Origin: Tubulanus polymorphus
Taxonomy: Eukaryota; Animalia; Nemertea
NCBI RefSeq assembly: GCF_964204645.1
Contig: NC_134026.1
Coordinates: 9,385,950 to 9,449,949 of the forward strand
Direction of reading: 5' to 3'
DNA: 64,000 bases
Positions 1 through 14,700 of the stretch are shown here, one piece after another. A model generated the notes under the pieces. That model was not told where the DNA came from. It ran no database searches and saw nothing but the letters and a program-made list of their open reading frames with translations. Position numbers and translations under genes: made by a program. How positions within the stretch are numbered: the stretch's first letter is position 1; each line of letters starts with the position of its first letter.

Positions 1-501
1 TAAATATTATTCAGACTGATTCCAGTTAGAATCAGTTGTTATAGCGTACCATACATTATTTCCATTGCGATTGTCTTACAAATGATAGTGTGAAGCCATG
101 TATAGGTTTTTGCACACATGTGTCTAAGAAAATTTATTCCGAGCCATCTCTAGTTGATATTATCCATTCTAGAAACTTTGTTTCTGGTCATGCTATAAAC
201 CCCTTGCAGCCATATGCATATGTCTACCATAAAATAAGTTTGCTGCTTTTATTAAATAAGAAATTTTATGAAATTTGTAAATACGCAACCATATTATCAA
301 TTTCTGAGCTAAATCTCAATCCAATATATCAATTATCTATTCAAGTTAATTTTCAAGAATGTTTTCAACTGCGTCAGTTTATCTTCTGCTCTTCCAGTTA
401 CATGTTTTTTTTTTGTTTCGACGTTGCCGAATAATGTAGCCCAGGTCAACCACTCTACGTTTTCAGTTTGTTGACGTTTTTACATGTACTTCGCACTGTA
501 G

Positions 502-3500
502 GTTGATAGTCTAAGGTCTCAAATTACCTGTCAAGAGATTTCTATAAAGGTGAGTTTTTTTTTTACCACAAGTTGGTTACGCAAGCCAGAAGGGCACGCT
601 TTGTTCCAGGAATGATGACGGTGACTTCTTTCTTTTCGCCATCAAATTTTAGGGTCAAGAAGAAGAATTAGCGAAATTAAGAGTAGAATTAAATGATCTA
701 CGCGGAGAAGAAAGTAAACTAGAACAACAGGTCGAAGCGGGTCAAACTCAACTCGAAACTGTTCTTAAATCACTGAAAGAAACTCATCAAGAACATCAAC
801 AGGTAACGTAATAAGTTTACTAATACTTACGTAATACTTTTTAGCTTTAATGTCATTTAGGTCAAGTTCACGTTCTCAAGACAATATGTAGAGTATCCCA
901 AAATTATAACGAAAGAATAATACTGTTGTATCAATGGTTATTTGTCAAATGCACTAGTTTTGATTTGGCCATATTTGATGTCAAACACTAATCACTAATC
1001 TGGCTTGTTTCATGACCGAGTGCGTGGCTCTGAAACACAAAACACGTTTATGTCTTTAGGGTTAAAGCTAAGGTTAAGAAGAGTTTTTGAAAGACCAGAA
1101 ATAAAGTTTCAGAGCTGGGAAACCGTTACTGATTTTCAGTTATTGTTACTATTTTATAACGAGAAATACTGATTTGATTTGTTTGATGCGGACAGAAATA
1201 TGAAAGATGTTACTGAGAGTCTTACTGTTGATAACTCATTAATTGAACATTTTCGTTCATATTTCAATAAGATGTTACTGAAAATTGTTACTGATAGCAC
1301 TTTTCAGAGGTTGAGAGCCCTGAAGTTTGATAAGGTTTTGAATCTATGATTTTTATTTTGCCTATTCTTGTCAGACTAATTTAAGTATAACTGCAGAGCC
1401 AATCGAGCTGAAAGGCTTGAATCACTTGTTACTTAAAAAATAGTACAGTCGAATTCCATTAGACCATGACCGTCCTCCAATATAATGATACTGATGTCAT
1501 ATCCGCCATATTGCATGGTTTATCTTGAGTATAATTGTATAAAGATGTATTAAAAATCACAAATCTTGTGAAATGGTTGATCAGCTCTTTACTCACCTTT
1601 TTCATATACAGCAAAAGTTAAGGCTTCGGCAGATAAGAGAACAGGCTGATAAGATGTCATCAGATGTAGCCGAACTACCGGAATTAGCATTACACAATGG
1701 TAACCATGCGCTGTCATCAGATCTTACAAACTTTCGAGACTCGCCTTTACAAGATAATAATGAAATGGTGAGTAAAAAGGGGAGCAAATCATTTACTTGC
1801 GACAGCAAACATGTTACTTAACAAAACAAAAGTCTTTAACAAACGTCATTAAAATGTATATTTTGTATTGTCTAGGTCACTAATATTCCATTGAGTAATG
1901 GCACCTCAATGTCGGCAGCTTTAGGTATCTCTGCAGCTGGAGGTGATGCATTTACCGAAGATCCATTTGGCAATGATCGAGATCCCTTCCAAAACGAAGA
2001 TCCTTTTGTTAATCACGTTGAAGATCCATTCAAAGGAGGTAAATTTCCTGAGTTTATACTCGCATGTCGGGTTTTTACTAAGAAGTGCTTGTTTCTGTTG
2101 AGATTAGATACTAGCTTTAGCCCTACTAGTTTGCCGTAGCAAATATGGGATATTTCATCTCGATTTCAAGTTAACATTGTAGCGCTTCTCTAGCCTGTAC
2201 TGGCTCTAAACCAGCTTGTGCAGAATGGGAACAAGTACTCACGTAAAAATTACCTATTGGTTTGTCTATTATGTAATTATAAATTGGTAAATTGTTAAAT
2301 TCCTCGAAAGAATGAAGACTTTTTGCCAAAAATCCTTGTTGAATTTTATGGAATATATAGATATATGATAACGTGAAAATTTGTAAGTTTGCCACTGTGC
2401 TATGGCTGTGAGAACATTGGTAGTTTGTTATTACAACCACACAACAAAATATCAACTATACTAGAATTCTTTTACTTTTATTGATGAAAATAAACAAACC
2501 TACCCATTTTGCATAAAGTTTGTTAGTTAACTAGTAACTAATATATTTTCATTTGCAAATTTAGGTTTGTTACAACTAACTTACAGCTATCCATAGCTCT
2601 GTCTCTTATGGTTTTCTTGCAAAATGATTTGAATTTGTGTTGCTTAAGTAATGCAGTGAAACAATACATTGTTTAAACCATGTAAGGAAATCAACAATTT
2701 AGGCCAATCCGGTTAAGGCTTAGAGGATCAGCTTTGATGGCTGGAATTTCGAAAAATGCTAGAAGATGAGCCCTTGTTTAGTGTGTCTGATTCTTTGACT
2801 TGTCTACAGTTTGGAAGAGTTTTGTCATTGAACATATTGCTGACTCATTATTTTGAGCTTGCCACTCAACAACCAACTCTTTGCCTAAGCATATTAAATA
2901 TTACCATATTACATTCGTTTTTGCAGAAGATCCATTTTCATCAGATCCATTCTCGGAAGATCCATTTAAAGATGAAACATTTGGAGCCCCACCAAAAGAT
3001 GAGGTAAAAATATTGGGGTCTTTAGTTACCGTGATAGATAAGTATCCAGTATTAGGGAAGTTTGGAGTTGAAAATGTTAATGAACCAACTTATCAAGTGG
3101 CAGACTATTCAACAGATCATCCTGATATTTTAAGTTTTTTGCGTTCATTGTTAACCATGTCACAACAATGTTTTAACCCATGCAGGATCCGTTCAAGGAT
3201 GACGATCCATTTAACAGCGCTTTTGAAAACGCAGCAAAGGGAAACACAGTGAAGAATGATCCATTTGATCCATTCGGTGATAAATCTTCTGCTGATGCCT
3301 TTTCCGCCACGAATGTAAGTATACCGCAGATCAAAATCTTGCTCATTTGAATCACAGCCAATGTGCCAGTAGTTCGTATTGTGAGCTCTGAGATATCGTA
3401 AAGATTTGATGCATATGGTATCAGTATTTTATGGTGTTTGTTATAATTTCAGAAATTCTCATTATAAGTTCCTTGAATACGTTTAATTTTGCGTCAATTT

Positions 3501-6500
3501 TAAAAAATCATTAGAATTTAGAAGTTTTTCAAACCGCTAGAATTTTTATGTTTTTGAAAGTTATTAATCCTATAAAGGTCTTGCCCATGATGTCATTGTT
3601 TTGTTTGACAACCATTGCTTATGAATTGCCATAGATAACAACAAAAGATTATTAGGGAATTTACGAACTTTGAGGTTCTGTTACCTAAATCATTCATTAT
3701 GTTTGCCATCCAATATGGCATAATCAAGTTGAAAAAGCACATGGCTGCAAGACCTCTATACCGGTGGGCTTCTTCCATTTTTGCATCATCAAGGATCTAA
3801 TTAAGTAAGATTTATGAATTTTTCTATTTCAGACTTTCATTGCTGATCCTTTCGGTACTGATCCATTTACACCACACACCCCGCCAACACGGCCTAAATC
3901 ACCGAAACCACCTCGACCTGCTGCTAGTCCTATACCACGGGGAAAATCACCTGTGCCGGCGTTACCTCCTAAAACGAAGAAAGCTCCTCCGCGGCCGGCC
4001 CCGCCGAGACCCGCACCTCCCCGCAAAACTCCCAGCCCCATACCTCCAGCTATGCGTGATCCTTTCAATAGTTCAGATCCGTTCAATGGTGGCAGTAAAT
4101 CGAATAGCTTAGACCCATTCGCAAATTCCAGTAGCGCTGCGGATGCATTCGCTAATTTCGCTGATTTTAGTCCCGCAAAGGTAAGCTAGTCTAGACATGA
4201 TTTCTGCTTCATACAATAATTGCCGATATAGCTGCGGGTTCTCGTCGTAGATTCTTGTCTAAGAGTGAAGATAAAGCTTATCGTGGAAAAAATTTATTCG
4301 TCAAATCAGAAATTAAATGACACAATGTTTTGGACTATTTGAGACCATTGTCAGACTTGATGATGATCTCTAAAAAGAGTGGAAAAATCATGTTTTGATT
4401 TTTGTTTTTACAAATGAATTTCATTCTCATTCTTTAAATTTGTATATAGTGGGTTTAGATTTTGCTTAATTCGTTTGTGTGAAACTGGGTCCAGAGTACT
4501 TCCAGTTGATATTGTAAACTCACTTATTCACTGACTTTCATTCCCATTTTTCTGATGAAGTTTGCAAGAATCTACAGTGAAAATCGACGTTCCACTTACT
4601 ACGTACCTTATTTGATCAAATGAATTAATACGAACGAATCAAAGGAAATATAAATCATATATCAGGGAATCTCTTTTCAAGAATCTATGGTGAAAACAGA
4701 CGTTTCACTTATTGCCCAATTTAACGATTTATGCAAACGAATCAAAGGAAACATGTACGAGGGAATCTCTTCGAAATCATTGTTATTCCAACATTTCACT
4801 ACTTCGATAAATGTTTTGTTTCTTCGCGAGTCAGGCATGCATGCATTTTGACTTCGTTACAGTTCAATGACTCTGAGAATGATGGAAGTATTTGGAGTAT
4901 GAATGCCAAGTAACCCACACGAACCGACTAAAATGTATGAGTTATAATAGGAGTTTGCATGTTTGGGATTTTAATGCAATCTGGATATCTTAAGACCAAC
5001 ACACGCGATACATCCTGCCTCACCGGATAGCATCTTGCAAGCAGAACCTGATAGCATTGGGTACCGTCCACATCGTAGTAGACTGGGTATGCAGCTATTT
5101 TTGGATTATCTTAGCTAATCCAATCAGATATGGCTATTTTATTTGGGCGACAGTTTCTGCTTCAGCCATGTTGGAATTCAGTTCAGTGGTCAAACTGAAT
5201 GTGTTGTAGGTATTTCAAATGGACATACAGCCTGGTCTCGTATTGTAGCAGTCATGCTAGCAATATGGAAACCAAACGAAATTTCCCGGGGACAAATTGG
5301 ATTCAGATCGAATGTCGATGTCTCCTAGGCTATGCATTAATGTATACATTTTCTAGATTATATTTTCGATCAGACTGAAAAACATTTGGCCTGGGAGGAA
5401 TTAACCCGGGATCAGATTCGAGTCAAAATTTGCCCATGTCTAATTAGAGAGCCCGTTCATACTTAAATCTATATGATATAGAATAAAGCTATATGATATA
5501 GATCTAAGTGTGCATGTGCTCTCTAATTAGGATGGCCAATATTCAAGGAAATTATTGTTTCCACGAAACGGTGGGTGCAAAAGTGTCCGGTGAATTATAC
5601 CGAGACAGACACTTTTATCGATGCGCGTGTTTCGATGCTGTCAGGTTCGAATATCTGTGAAGAAGGATGAGATCCGTAGCACTCGTATTATCGATTAGTA
5701 CACACAATTTTTCGCATGATTTTTTCATTGAATAATGTAGATAACCTACAATGTACTGGTGATTTCTTAACATCGATACGCGCTGATTTATACACATTCC
5801 TCATTAGACATCCGTTATTAGTTTGAAGTAGGATTGTCACTAATATCATAAAACGACTCGATTTATTCTGTGCACGTTTGTTCTAATCTCTTCCTACGAT
5901 TAATGAAATCAAAAAATGAAATCGACAGTGCATTGTAATTGAATAGCGATTAACAATTTATCCTAAGCTTTTCCCGCATTCCTTCCTGAATTATATTTTT
6001 CTTCTCTTTTTGGACTGCATGCGTTGATAAGTTTTAACGTACATTGATAGCAACTTACTAACATGTTTTCCTCTTCTGATGCGATAGTTCGATTAGTACC
6101 GTAAACATTAGTCCAAATTTTATTCTTTTTCAGCCATGTCCATGTTATCCCGCTGAGCCCCTTTCATGAAAATTAGTTCATGTTTTGAATTTCAGTAAAC
6201 CACAAATATTTTTGTCTATTCGATATATTGATGGTTCGAATGATTTTGTATGCTTAGGATTATAATTCATTTAATATAAACTGTATATTGTATTCATAGA
6301 AAACAAACAGCAGACGTAGTAAACAAGTGGTTTAAGGCAATCAGTTACTGGTCGCATCTAGGGTTCATTGGTTCGAAGTAAAGAAGCTGAATGGACAGTT
6401 TTTCTCTGGGTTTTATCCCTATGAAAAGGAAAATTCAAACCTACTACTAATGCCTTGGGTGGCAAGTGGATTAATTTGATGATTGAAGAAAGAGTTCAAG

Positions 6501-7960
6501 AAATTTTCAAAATGTGAGACCTACCTATACTATACCACAGGACGGATGTATCATCGCATATATGCTTATAGGCTATCACTTAATTGGCATGAAATATTTG
6601 CTCCATTTAACCTGGAACCATGTAAACGATTATTCATGATTCGATTTAACTTAATTCATAGAAATCTGGACAGTCCCTAGTCATTCCCCAGGTCAGTTCT
6701 ACTGTATGTCCTAGGTAATCATGGTCACCACTGATTTAGTTTCGAATCAAATCTTTCCACAACTGGATTAACGTAGCTCTGTATATTAATATCGTGCCAT
6801 GTTGATATTAGAAATTCATGAACATTCATGTGCATGTTAGGACAATGTCAACCGTTGGAAAACATCAATGTATTTCCCATACAGGTAATATACATTGCCT
6901 GTCTTAGATATTCTAGTTGAAATGCTTAGATCTGATTTTACATGCTGTAACTCACAGTTGGATATCGAGATGAAACATCCAGATTGCATTATTTCACCCA
7001 TTCTGTGTGTTCATATTTAGTTTTGATTAACCGAACTGTTAGAAATATGTTCAGACTTCCACCTAGCGTTAAATGTGTTCATATCGCAGTTTGATTGATT
7101 GATGCATGCACTAACGGATTTTATCTTTGCATTTACGTTTTGTACATGTGTACATTCAATATGTATCTACAAGAGAGTTTTATAAAATGATGTAACAGTT
7201 TACTTAGTCCTTCTGTTACACCGTTGACCTTCTTTGCTCAGTTGCACGATCATGACTCAAGTCTAAAAGTCATCTTAAATCTTAGGACTTGTATTGAGTC
7301 GTTTTAAATTTAGATTTTAATTTGAAATAAGATGGGTTTTTAAACTGGTTTGAAATCTTAGCCATGTCTGTAACTGCTAACACTGTGGCCTGCAAGTAGT
7401 CCACAAAAACTGTCTAGTACCCAGTCAAGGTTGATTTAAACAAAAGTTGCCAATGATTAAAAATCTTTCTATTAGCGACTAAAAGATCATTGAGTGGTGG
7501 CTTGATCAACTTAATGCAAATCCAATATCTATGTATGAAAAATTAGGATGTTTCTATTTATTACATATTCATGGATATTTACACAAAGAGATGTATGTGT
7601 GACTGTCCTTCATCGTATCTAGATAGACGTTATTATTAGTTTTGGCTAATTTCTACCCTAAACCATATTCAAATCTGTATGGCTGTAAACGATATTCAGT
7701 GCTATAGAGTTCACCGCTATAACATATCATCATTCTTACTCGAAAAATTTGAATTGTTCCATTATGTCATCATAATCATTCGTTCGATTCCAATTCAGAT
7801 GGAAACGGATAAGATATCGGAGTCGGAACAATTAGCTTGGGCCAGACGCGAGAGCATACGACAACAGGAACTTCAACATCGAGCGAAAGAACAAGAACAG
7901 GCGGATCTAGAACTGGCGATAGCGTTGAGTAAAGCGGACATGGGGCAATCAAGTGCTTGA
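502..7960 (+). CDS. EPS15L1: EPS15/EPS15L1-like endocytic adaptor, 3' part (end of coiled coil, DPF repeats, Pro-rich region, tandem UIMs); the 5' end lies outside the window
   Basis: Exons 502-549, 653-802, 1612-1767, 1876-2038, 2927-3003, 3186-3314, 3833-4180 and 7799-7960 are all GT-AG and in phase. Coiled coil GQEEELAKLRVELNDLRGEESKLEQQVEAGQTQLETVLKSL; 16 DPF (AP-2 alpha-ear) motifs; FANFADF; last exon SESEQLAWARRES...QEQADLELAIALSKADM matches the double UIM of EPS15/EPS15L1. Confidence 0.93.
4566..4805 (+). repeat. Degenerate ~112-bp tandem repeat (2+ units)
   Basis: Repeated blocks caagaatcta..gtgaaaa..gacgtt.cactta and aacgaatcaaaggaaa..agggaatctctt. Confidence 0.6.
4863..4913 (+). 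CDS. Candidate alternative terminal exon of EPS15-like (FNDSENDGSIWSMNAK*), lacking UIMs
   Basis: Acceptor ttttgacttcgttacAG at 4861-4862 is phase 0, matching the donor after 4180, and is followed by 16 open codons and TAA. No transcript evidence. Confidence 0.4.
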   Translation, partial: FNDSENDGSIWSMNAK

Positions 7961-9716
7961 AAATATTCGAACTACATATGAAGCTGAAATGTGATAGATA
8001 ACAAAATAACATTCATTCATGGTGCTTGATGTTTTTAAAGCGTACTATTATTGCGATTGTCAGGCTTTCACCGGTGGTGTTCAACGTACATCCAACAATG
8101 AAGCTGTTTTGGGGGATTTTTTAGTAGCCTGACAATGATGCCTTATTCAACGTAACAACAAACTGTAAAAGACTAATCTCCTCTGTGTGCGTTTTATTCG
8201 TCAAAATGATTTACAAAAATAAGTTTTTCCCTTTGTGTTCAGAAATAATTCTCATATCAGGCAGTGCTGATGCAACGTGTAAACTGATTTTAACATTCCA
8301 TTTGCATCCAAACGATTTTTCAATATGATTGGTAAACATAGATCTTCTCTTGACTGTTACCATGAATAGTGCGCGCCCAGAACTTTGGTTACGACCCGCG
8401 TCTTAGTCATAGTGTATTGTTGAAATTTAAGTTGAACTTAAGATTCTGTGATACAGTGAAACCTTGTTATAATTTAATAAATTTTTTTCCCGCATTTTGG
8501 ATTCATTGAATTCATCTTCAAATTGAGGCTTAGGAATTATGCCAATTTTTTTACTGAAGCTCCTAGTGCCTGTGGCTTCATCTTGTCAGAACTCATGAAT
8601 GGGCTGGACTCAATCTGTTAGATTGATTAAAAAGGATCCAAAATTATTTGGTTTCATGAGCATGTTTACGTAGGTATATGGTTACATTTGATAACTTGAA
8701 ATTAGTTAGGTACATCCATTAAGTAAGTCATAAGGTTCTCTGTGCATAGCTAGCTACCCTTATCTTCCTAAGTTTCGGTGTGCATCTGCTGGATAGTGAA
8801 CGGGTATGAATGTGTGGAATTATTCTGTGATAAATAGTTCTCGTAGTTGTAGATCCATGGTGTTTTGGTCTCTACGTTGATGCATATATAATAATGTACT
8901 CTTTTTTATGTATATTTAGATGTAAATGTCTATGTATGTAACGGAATTGTATGTAACTTATGTAGCCACTATGATCTGGATTTGTAGATCTAGGAACCCT
9001 TCTTGAAGAAAAAGCGTGTACCACTGTTTCCAAGCTGCGAGGTATTACTTTTAAAGACCAATTGTGTTGAATTATGAAGTTCGCCAACTTTCACCAATCA
9101 AGTCAAGAATAGTCTCATTCATACGTATGAAGCGCTTATTAGATTCTGTATCTTAAAAGTAAAACCTCCCTTAGTGAACACCTCTCTATAAAGAACACCT
9201 TTGTTAATGAGCACCATTGTCCTAATCTAAAATACATACATCAGTACCCCCCTATAGTGAAAACCTCTTTAGTAAACTGTGAACTCTTTATCCGATACAG
9301 AAGGTTCAATTTACATCCCTGTAGTGAACAGCGCCAACCTGGCTAATTAGTCAGTTGGCCTACTGAAATCATTCATAGTGAACACCTCCAAGAATGAACA
9401 CTTTTCACAAGGTCCCACCGGTTCACTGTAGAGAGGTTAGTTTTCTGATCTAAAATAGGGATTGACCCTGTTATTGATTCGGAAATCGGAAATTGAGGTA
9501 CAGATTTAGGTGTGTGATCGGTGGTTGAAACTTACAGATTTTTTTAAAAATCAAAGTACATAATTGGAAATTCTGGTTCATTCAAACAATCTTCCAACCA
9601 GCCTGAACTGGCAAGCAACTGATTGGGGTTAGTTTTGTTATTTCGTCCAGTATATTCAATGATGGAAGAGAAAGGGAAATGAATCTTCAATTTTCCTCCG
9701 TGACTAGAAATTCATA

Positions 9717-9869
9717 CAGTGGAACCCTGATATAACGACCTTGGAAGTGATGCTTTATCGGCTATTACAGGACCAGAATTTCATCCCAATAACCGGTAGA
9801 CAATTTTATACTTGATATAATGAACATATTTTCTGGTTTCCAGAAATTTGTTATAATAAGGTTCCACTG
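9717..9869. mobile_element. Pogo/Tigger-like MITE in the EPS15 3' UTR
   Basis: TA|CAGTGGAACCCTGATATAAC ... GTTATAATAAGGTTCCACTG. Related CAGT-ended relics at about 9157-9440, 12392-12564, 15150-15285 and 35068-35362. Confidence 0.6.
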
Positions 9870-11539
9870 AATCTGTCCGAAATTTGTGTAGTTATTCTAA
9901 TATTTAGGAATTGTTCAATGATATTTATCGCCGATGTCATCTCTGTCACAGTTATAGCATAATTGTCTGTCGCTGAGTCATTCAAACCATTCATTCTTGC
10001 TTAAATAAACACTTGAGCAATAGATCTGACTACTGGCCACCTACATTGAGGCGATAGCTGTAATGAAGATTCTAGACATACCTGGCGGCGCTGGATATGC
10101 ATCCAACGCTTGACATTTAGTACACCTTTTAAGCGCCGTATTATGGTGCCATTTCTGAAAAACCTAGAATACTGTTGTTAGAACACTAGGTATTGAATCT
10201 TGCTCCTCAGGCGAAGGTAACCAATAGTAGCTGCTTATCGACTTACTTGGCATGCAATTGGACACAAAAAATGGTCTGATTCAGGGACTGTGAACGTATG
10301 TCAGACAACAAGTTGATCATCCTGTGACAGTTCACTATAAACAAAGATGCCTAACTTTGTCAACAGAGCTTTCACCTATACAAATTTTGTATTCTTGTGT
10401 ATCATAGATAACTAAGAACAAGCTCTTTAGCTTAAACTTTAAGCCTTATGCAACAAAGGATAAATGAGTGTGTTATTCTGAGTAATTGTGTCTGCTAGCT
10501 TTTTGTGCTATAACCTGTTACCATATCAACATACCGTTATTTGTGACTATGTTGAGTGATAAGTTTGTAGAGTTATGTCATTTATTTGATTGATATATGT
10601 ATATATATATATACACACACACATACGACGCATGCTTTTTAGGCTTTTTACTGTAAATACAACACATTATGGTCTGAAAGGAGATTTTGAGAATCTAAAT
10701 ATATAAGTATATAAAGAGTGGCTTTCATAAGCGACATTTTATTGTGAATGAATGTTAATATTATATCATATATAAATGTATATTGTAGGAATCAAAATGA
10801 TTCTTTGTATATTTGTATGTACAGTTTTAATATGAAGTGGTAGCATATGAGAAATGATTAGCTTTTTTTTTAAGTTTCTAGCCACAGTGTACATAGGTCT
10901 ATCTACAGCAGGAAGTCCGGTTACAATTGACCGGTGTTAAATAATCTACCAGTTCTGATACAGGTTTGTCTAAAGGTTAGACCCATCCCCTGAAGTCGGA
11001 AACCATTATCACCATTTGTGTGAAGGACGTCACCTGCTAAATATTTACTAGAAATTGAACTAACCACAAATGTCAGGCATTAGTCATTTCTTTACTGCAA
11101 TTCGAAAAATGATCGTCAAGACACCACAGCATGAGAATGTCTGATGTCTGTTGCGATTTTCGTGCAAGACAAGTGGACAACTGTGTTGTAGTGTCATATT
11201 TTACCATTAAATTGATATATAAAACCATTTTAGATCATCACACGACTTATAACTGGTGTACATATTCATACTGCTTCATAAAATCACATTTGACTGATGA
11301 AGTTAAGCAAAGTTTTCATTTCATTGGATAGTTAAATTGGCGGTAATCGATACATGATTTTAGATATAGACCAAGATAGTATTGTAGTCGGTGTCCTAGT
11401 ATATCTAACCTCTTTACAACCATGTGCAATACTTAATTGACAGATGATGATAGATGAATTATAGTAATAATAATAGTAATTGTTATACACATGTAATCAT
11501 ACGGAATTCATTCTACTGGTACATAATGTAATAATGATG

Positions 11540-11590
11540 AATAAAGATATGTTCAGGCGATTAATTTGTGTCCGTGTTTGTTTGTTTTGC
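11540..11590 (+). terminator. Candidate polyadenylation signal of EPS15-like (about 3.6 kb 3' UTR)
   Basis: AATAAA at 11540-11545 followed by a GT/T-rich tract (tttgtgtccgtgtttgtttgttttgc). Confidence 0.45.
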
Positions 11591-11646
11591 ACTGAATGTC
11601 AAATAAGTTGAAACCTGTATGGGTTAAGAATACTAACGTCAGTTAA

Positions 11647-11777
11647 GGGCCCAGTTTAACGAACAAGTTTAAGCCTAAAACGGTTAAATTTGAATTGTTG
11701 TCCTCATTCAAAACATGAAGTAACCAATGGCAATTAAACCAAAAATTTGAGTTAGACTTTTTTGTGAAACTGAGCCC
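11647..11777. mobile_element. Small MITE with GGGCCCAGTTT termini
   Basis: GGGCCCAGTTTAACGAA ... TTTGTGAAACTGAGCCC; related single ends at about 30430, 42711 and 53940. Confidence 0.45.
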
Positions 11778-14700
11778 AGGGCTACGACTGAAGTGGTGAA
11801 ACAAAGCAAAACAAAACAGGCAAAGCAAAGTATGGCTAATGGCACTTGTTTAAGATTTCTCATCCATCTTTGTACCAAATATAAGATTAAGATTTTTGGC
11901 TATTGCTAGTGCTAATTGTTCCTTCTTCAGGGAATGTTCAACATGCTACAGTAGAATTTACTTAATGACTTAATAACATACTTAATGAATGCTCCCAGTC
12001 CTTTGAACTCCAATGCTTAGCCTGCCTGTGCATGTTTTAAATATTTTCATTTGCATCACTGAGTGTGGAATCTGCTTGACTGTTCACATAGAGTGTGGAC
12101 GAAATCCCTGCATCCAAAAATAGCATGAATCTGAATTGGAATAGTTATCACATATATAGCACCAATTTAGCAATTTCAAAACATTGATTCAGCTTGAACT
12201 TAAAACACTCAGTAAGAAATAAATCCGAAACAGAAACGCTTTTCTGGCTTGTTTCATGAGTGTTTTGGGCTCCGAAACAATAAACACAGTTGCAGTCATG
12301 AAACAAACGAGAAAGGCGTTTCTGTTACAAGTTCATGTCTTGTCATTTGAACATGTGTACTTTGCTTTGGTGAATAAACTCCAATTGCAAACAGTAAAAC
12401 TCGCCCTACTCGGACATGGCCAACTCAAAGACTTAACTAACTCTGTCAAAAACTACTTGGGATAAATCATTTTTGTGACTTACTTATGTATTTTCCAATC
12501 CTCAATTTTCACTTACCTCGCACAAATTACGCCAGTCCCAGGTCGTCCGAGTTAAGGGTTACTGTGTGTCGTCAATCATGGCAGGTCACTATTCCCATCA
12601 GAATCTTTTTTACGGGGTAACTGGTATTTGATATACCACTCCCACTGCTAAACACATTCAATGCGGATAATGGATTACAGTAGACTCCCCTCAAGTCAAT
12701 GCACAGGGCCTTGTCACGATAGCTGGGTTCCAAAATCAAAGATTCGACCAACTTCTAGGTACTACCAAATATTCATAAAGACTAATTTTTGGTACTGCCT
12801 ATAAAGAAAGTGATACCTTGGATATTGTGTCGAATCTTTGAGTTTGGGCTGTAAAAATGTGTGCGATTTTAGTGATATCAAAGTTGATATTACCAGGTAT
12901 GTATTTCATAAAAAGTGTCTCAAAAAATATTTTAACATCCATCCGAGTTGAACAGTTATCTAAGTAGGTTCCAACTCTCAAGGTACAGAACACCGTTACT
13001 CCAGATCAATTAGACTAATTTTTTTTGATTAATTGAGATTTTGATCTGATCTGAATATATGTTTGATTTAGATATCTTATAAACCAGATGGATTTCATGT
13101 TCCCAGATGATCCTGCTTATGAAGCAACATGTAGCATTAGATCCTCTGAATAAAATGAAAACTTTGCCATAATAAAGTTATTCAGAAATTTATTCATGTA
13201 AGATATTGTACATTTTATTTATTTTTATAAACAACAAATGATCTAAAGCTATTCACAGAATTTATGTGATTTTTCTCCAGATAATTTCATGGTTTGACAA
13301 CTACCAACATTTCATATATTTACCTCTCTAAATATCTAAAATTCTATCCATTCCAACATTTTTTTTAGTTTTACATTTTATTCAAAATTATGAAATTCTC
13401 ATGTTGATGACTAATTAAAAGCACATTGATGCAAACGTGGGCCACAAATAATTTGCAATATGCTCCATATTCAGACTACCGTGTAATAATTTCAGGAAAA
13501 ATAAGACCAAGATAGAACTTATAACTCTAAAATACCAGTACATGACGTAGTGAAGAAACATTGTGTTCGAAACATTCGAAATGAGCTTTAGAATTCATTT
13601 CAAATAATCATCTATTCATATATGCCTAACACAAAATGTATTTAAAGCTTTTTGGGTAAGAAATGAATAATCTTAATCCAGCAGCTTGCTTCAATAACCT
13701 GCCAGAAAGTTACCCATTTTCCAGGGCCGGCAGAGCGGGGGCGGCCAAGTTGGCCTTGGCCAGGCCAATAATTTCGCTGTTGATATATTTTTCTGAAGAT
13801 AATTCCAAAACCAAAAATTTTTGCTTGCCTTGCCCCCATCTCTTTGAAATGTAGTGCAGGATAGCTATGGCCCAAATCGTGCCAATGCCTTCAAAATGAT
13901 CCATCTAAAAAATGAATGTACTGGTATTTAGAATTCTGCTCTCGGATATTGTCGAACCAAGCCAATGATTAGTTGCTTCCGCTAGCTGTTTTTTTATTTT
14001 CTAACTTCCCAAAATGATAGTGTGCCTAGGGTCCATTTTCACTGTGAAAATGTTTACTATGACTATTTTGCACTATGAAAAGAAACCTATCATGTATGAA
14101 TCAGAAGTAAAGTTCATGTTCTCATATAAATCTTTAAAATGAGGATACACAAAAATATACCAATTTTATGACATGGATAGTTTTATTCTACGCATAGATC
14201 TGCATTATATGTAGACGATTATGACCATGCAATGCATAGTTTACTGTCGATATACAATTCAATCAGACCTAACTTAAAATGGAGAAATAAAAAATTCAGT
14301 GGTATAAAACAAGATGTTTTTGGTACTTGGAGATTGGTGAGGGAGTGGAATATTCGTGGCAATTCTGGAATTTTCAAGGAATATCTTGGAGTTACAATAA
14401 ACTGAGGCCCTTGAGAGTTATTGCTAACTAAAATGTTTGTCTGGAAGAATGGAAACTGGTCCCCGTATTACTGTCCTAAGGCCCTTTATTTATAATAAGT
14501 TGGTTTATGGATTTTATGGACTTAAAAATTATTTTTCTCTCAAAACATTGAATTCATTACTAATTTAGTGATAGGAGAGCGGGATTTGAAAGAAAAACTT
14601 GCCCTAATTTGGAGATTGCTTTGGGATAATTAAACCCAAATATTGTCTTGTTTACTGCCTACACTCATAACTGACGCCACCATTTTTGCAAATGGCGCTA

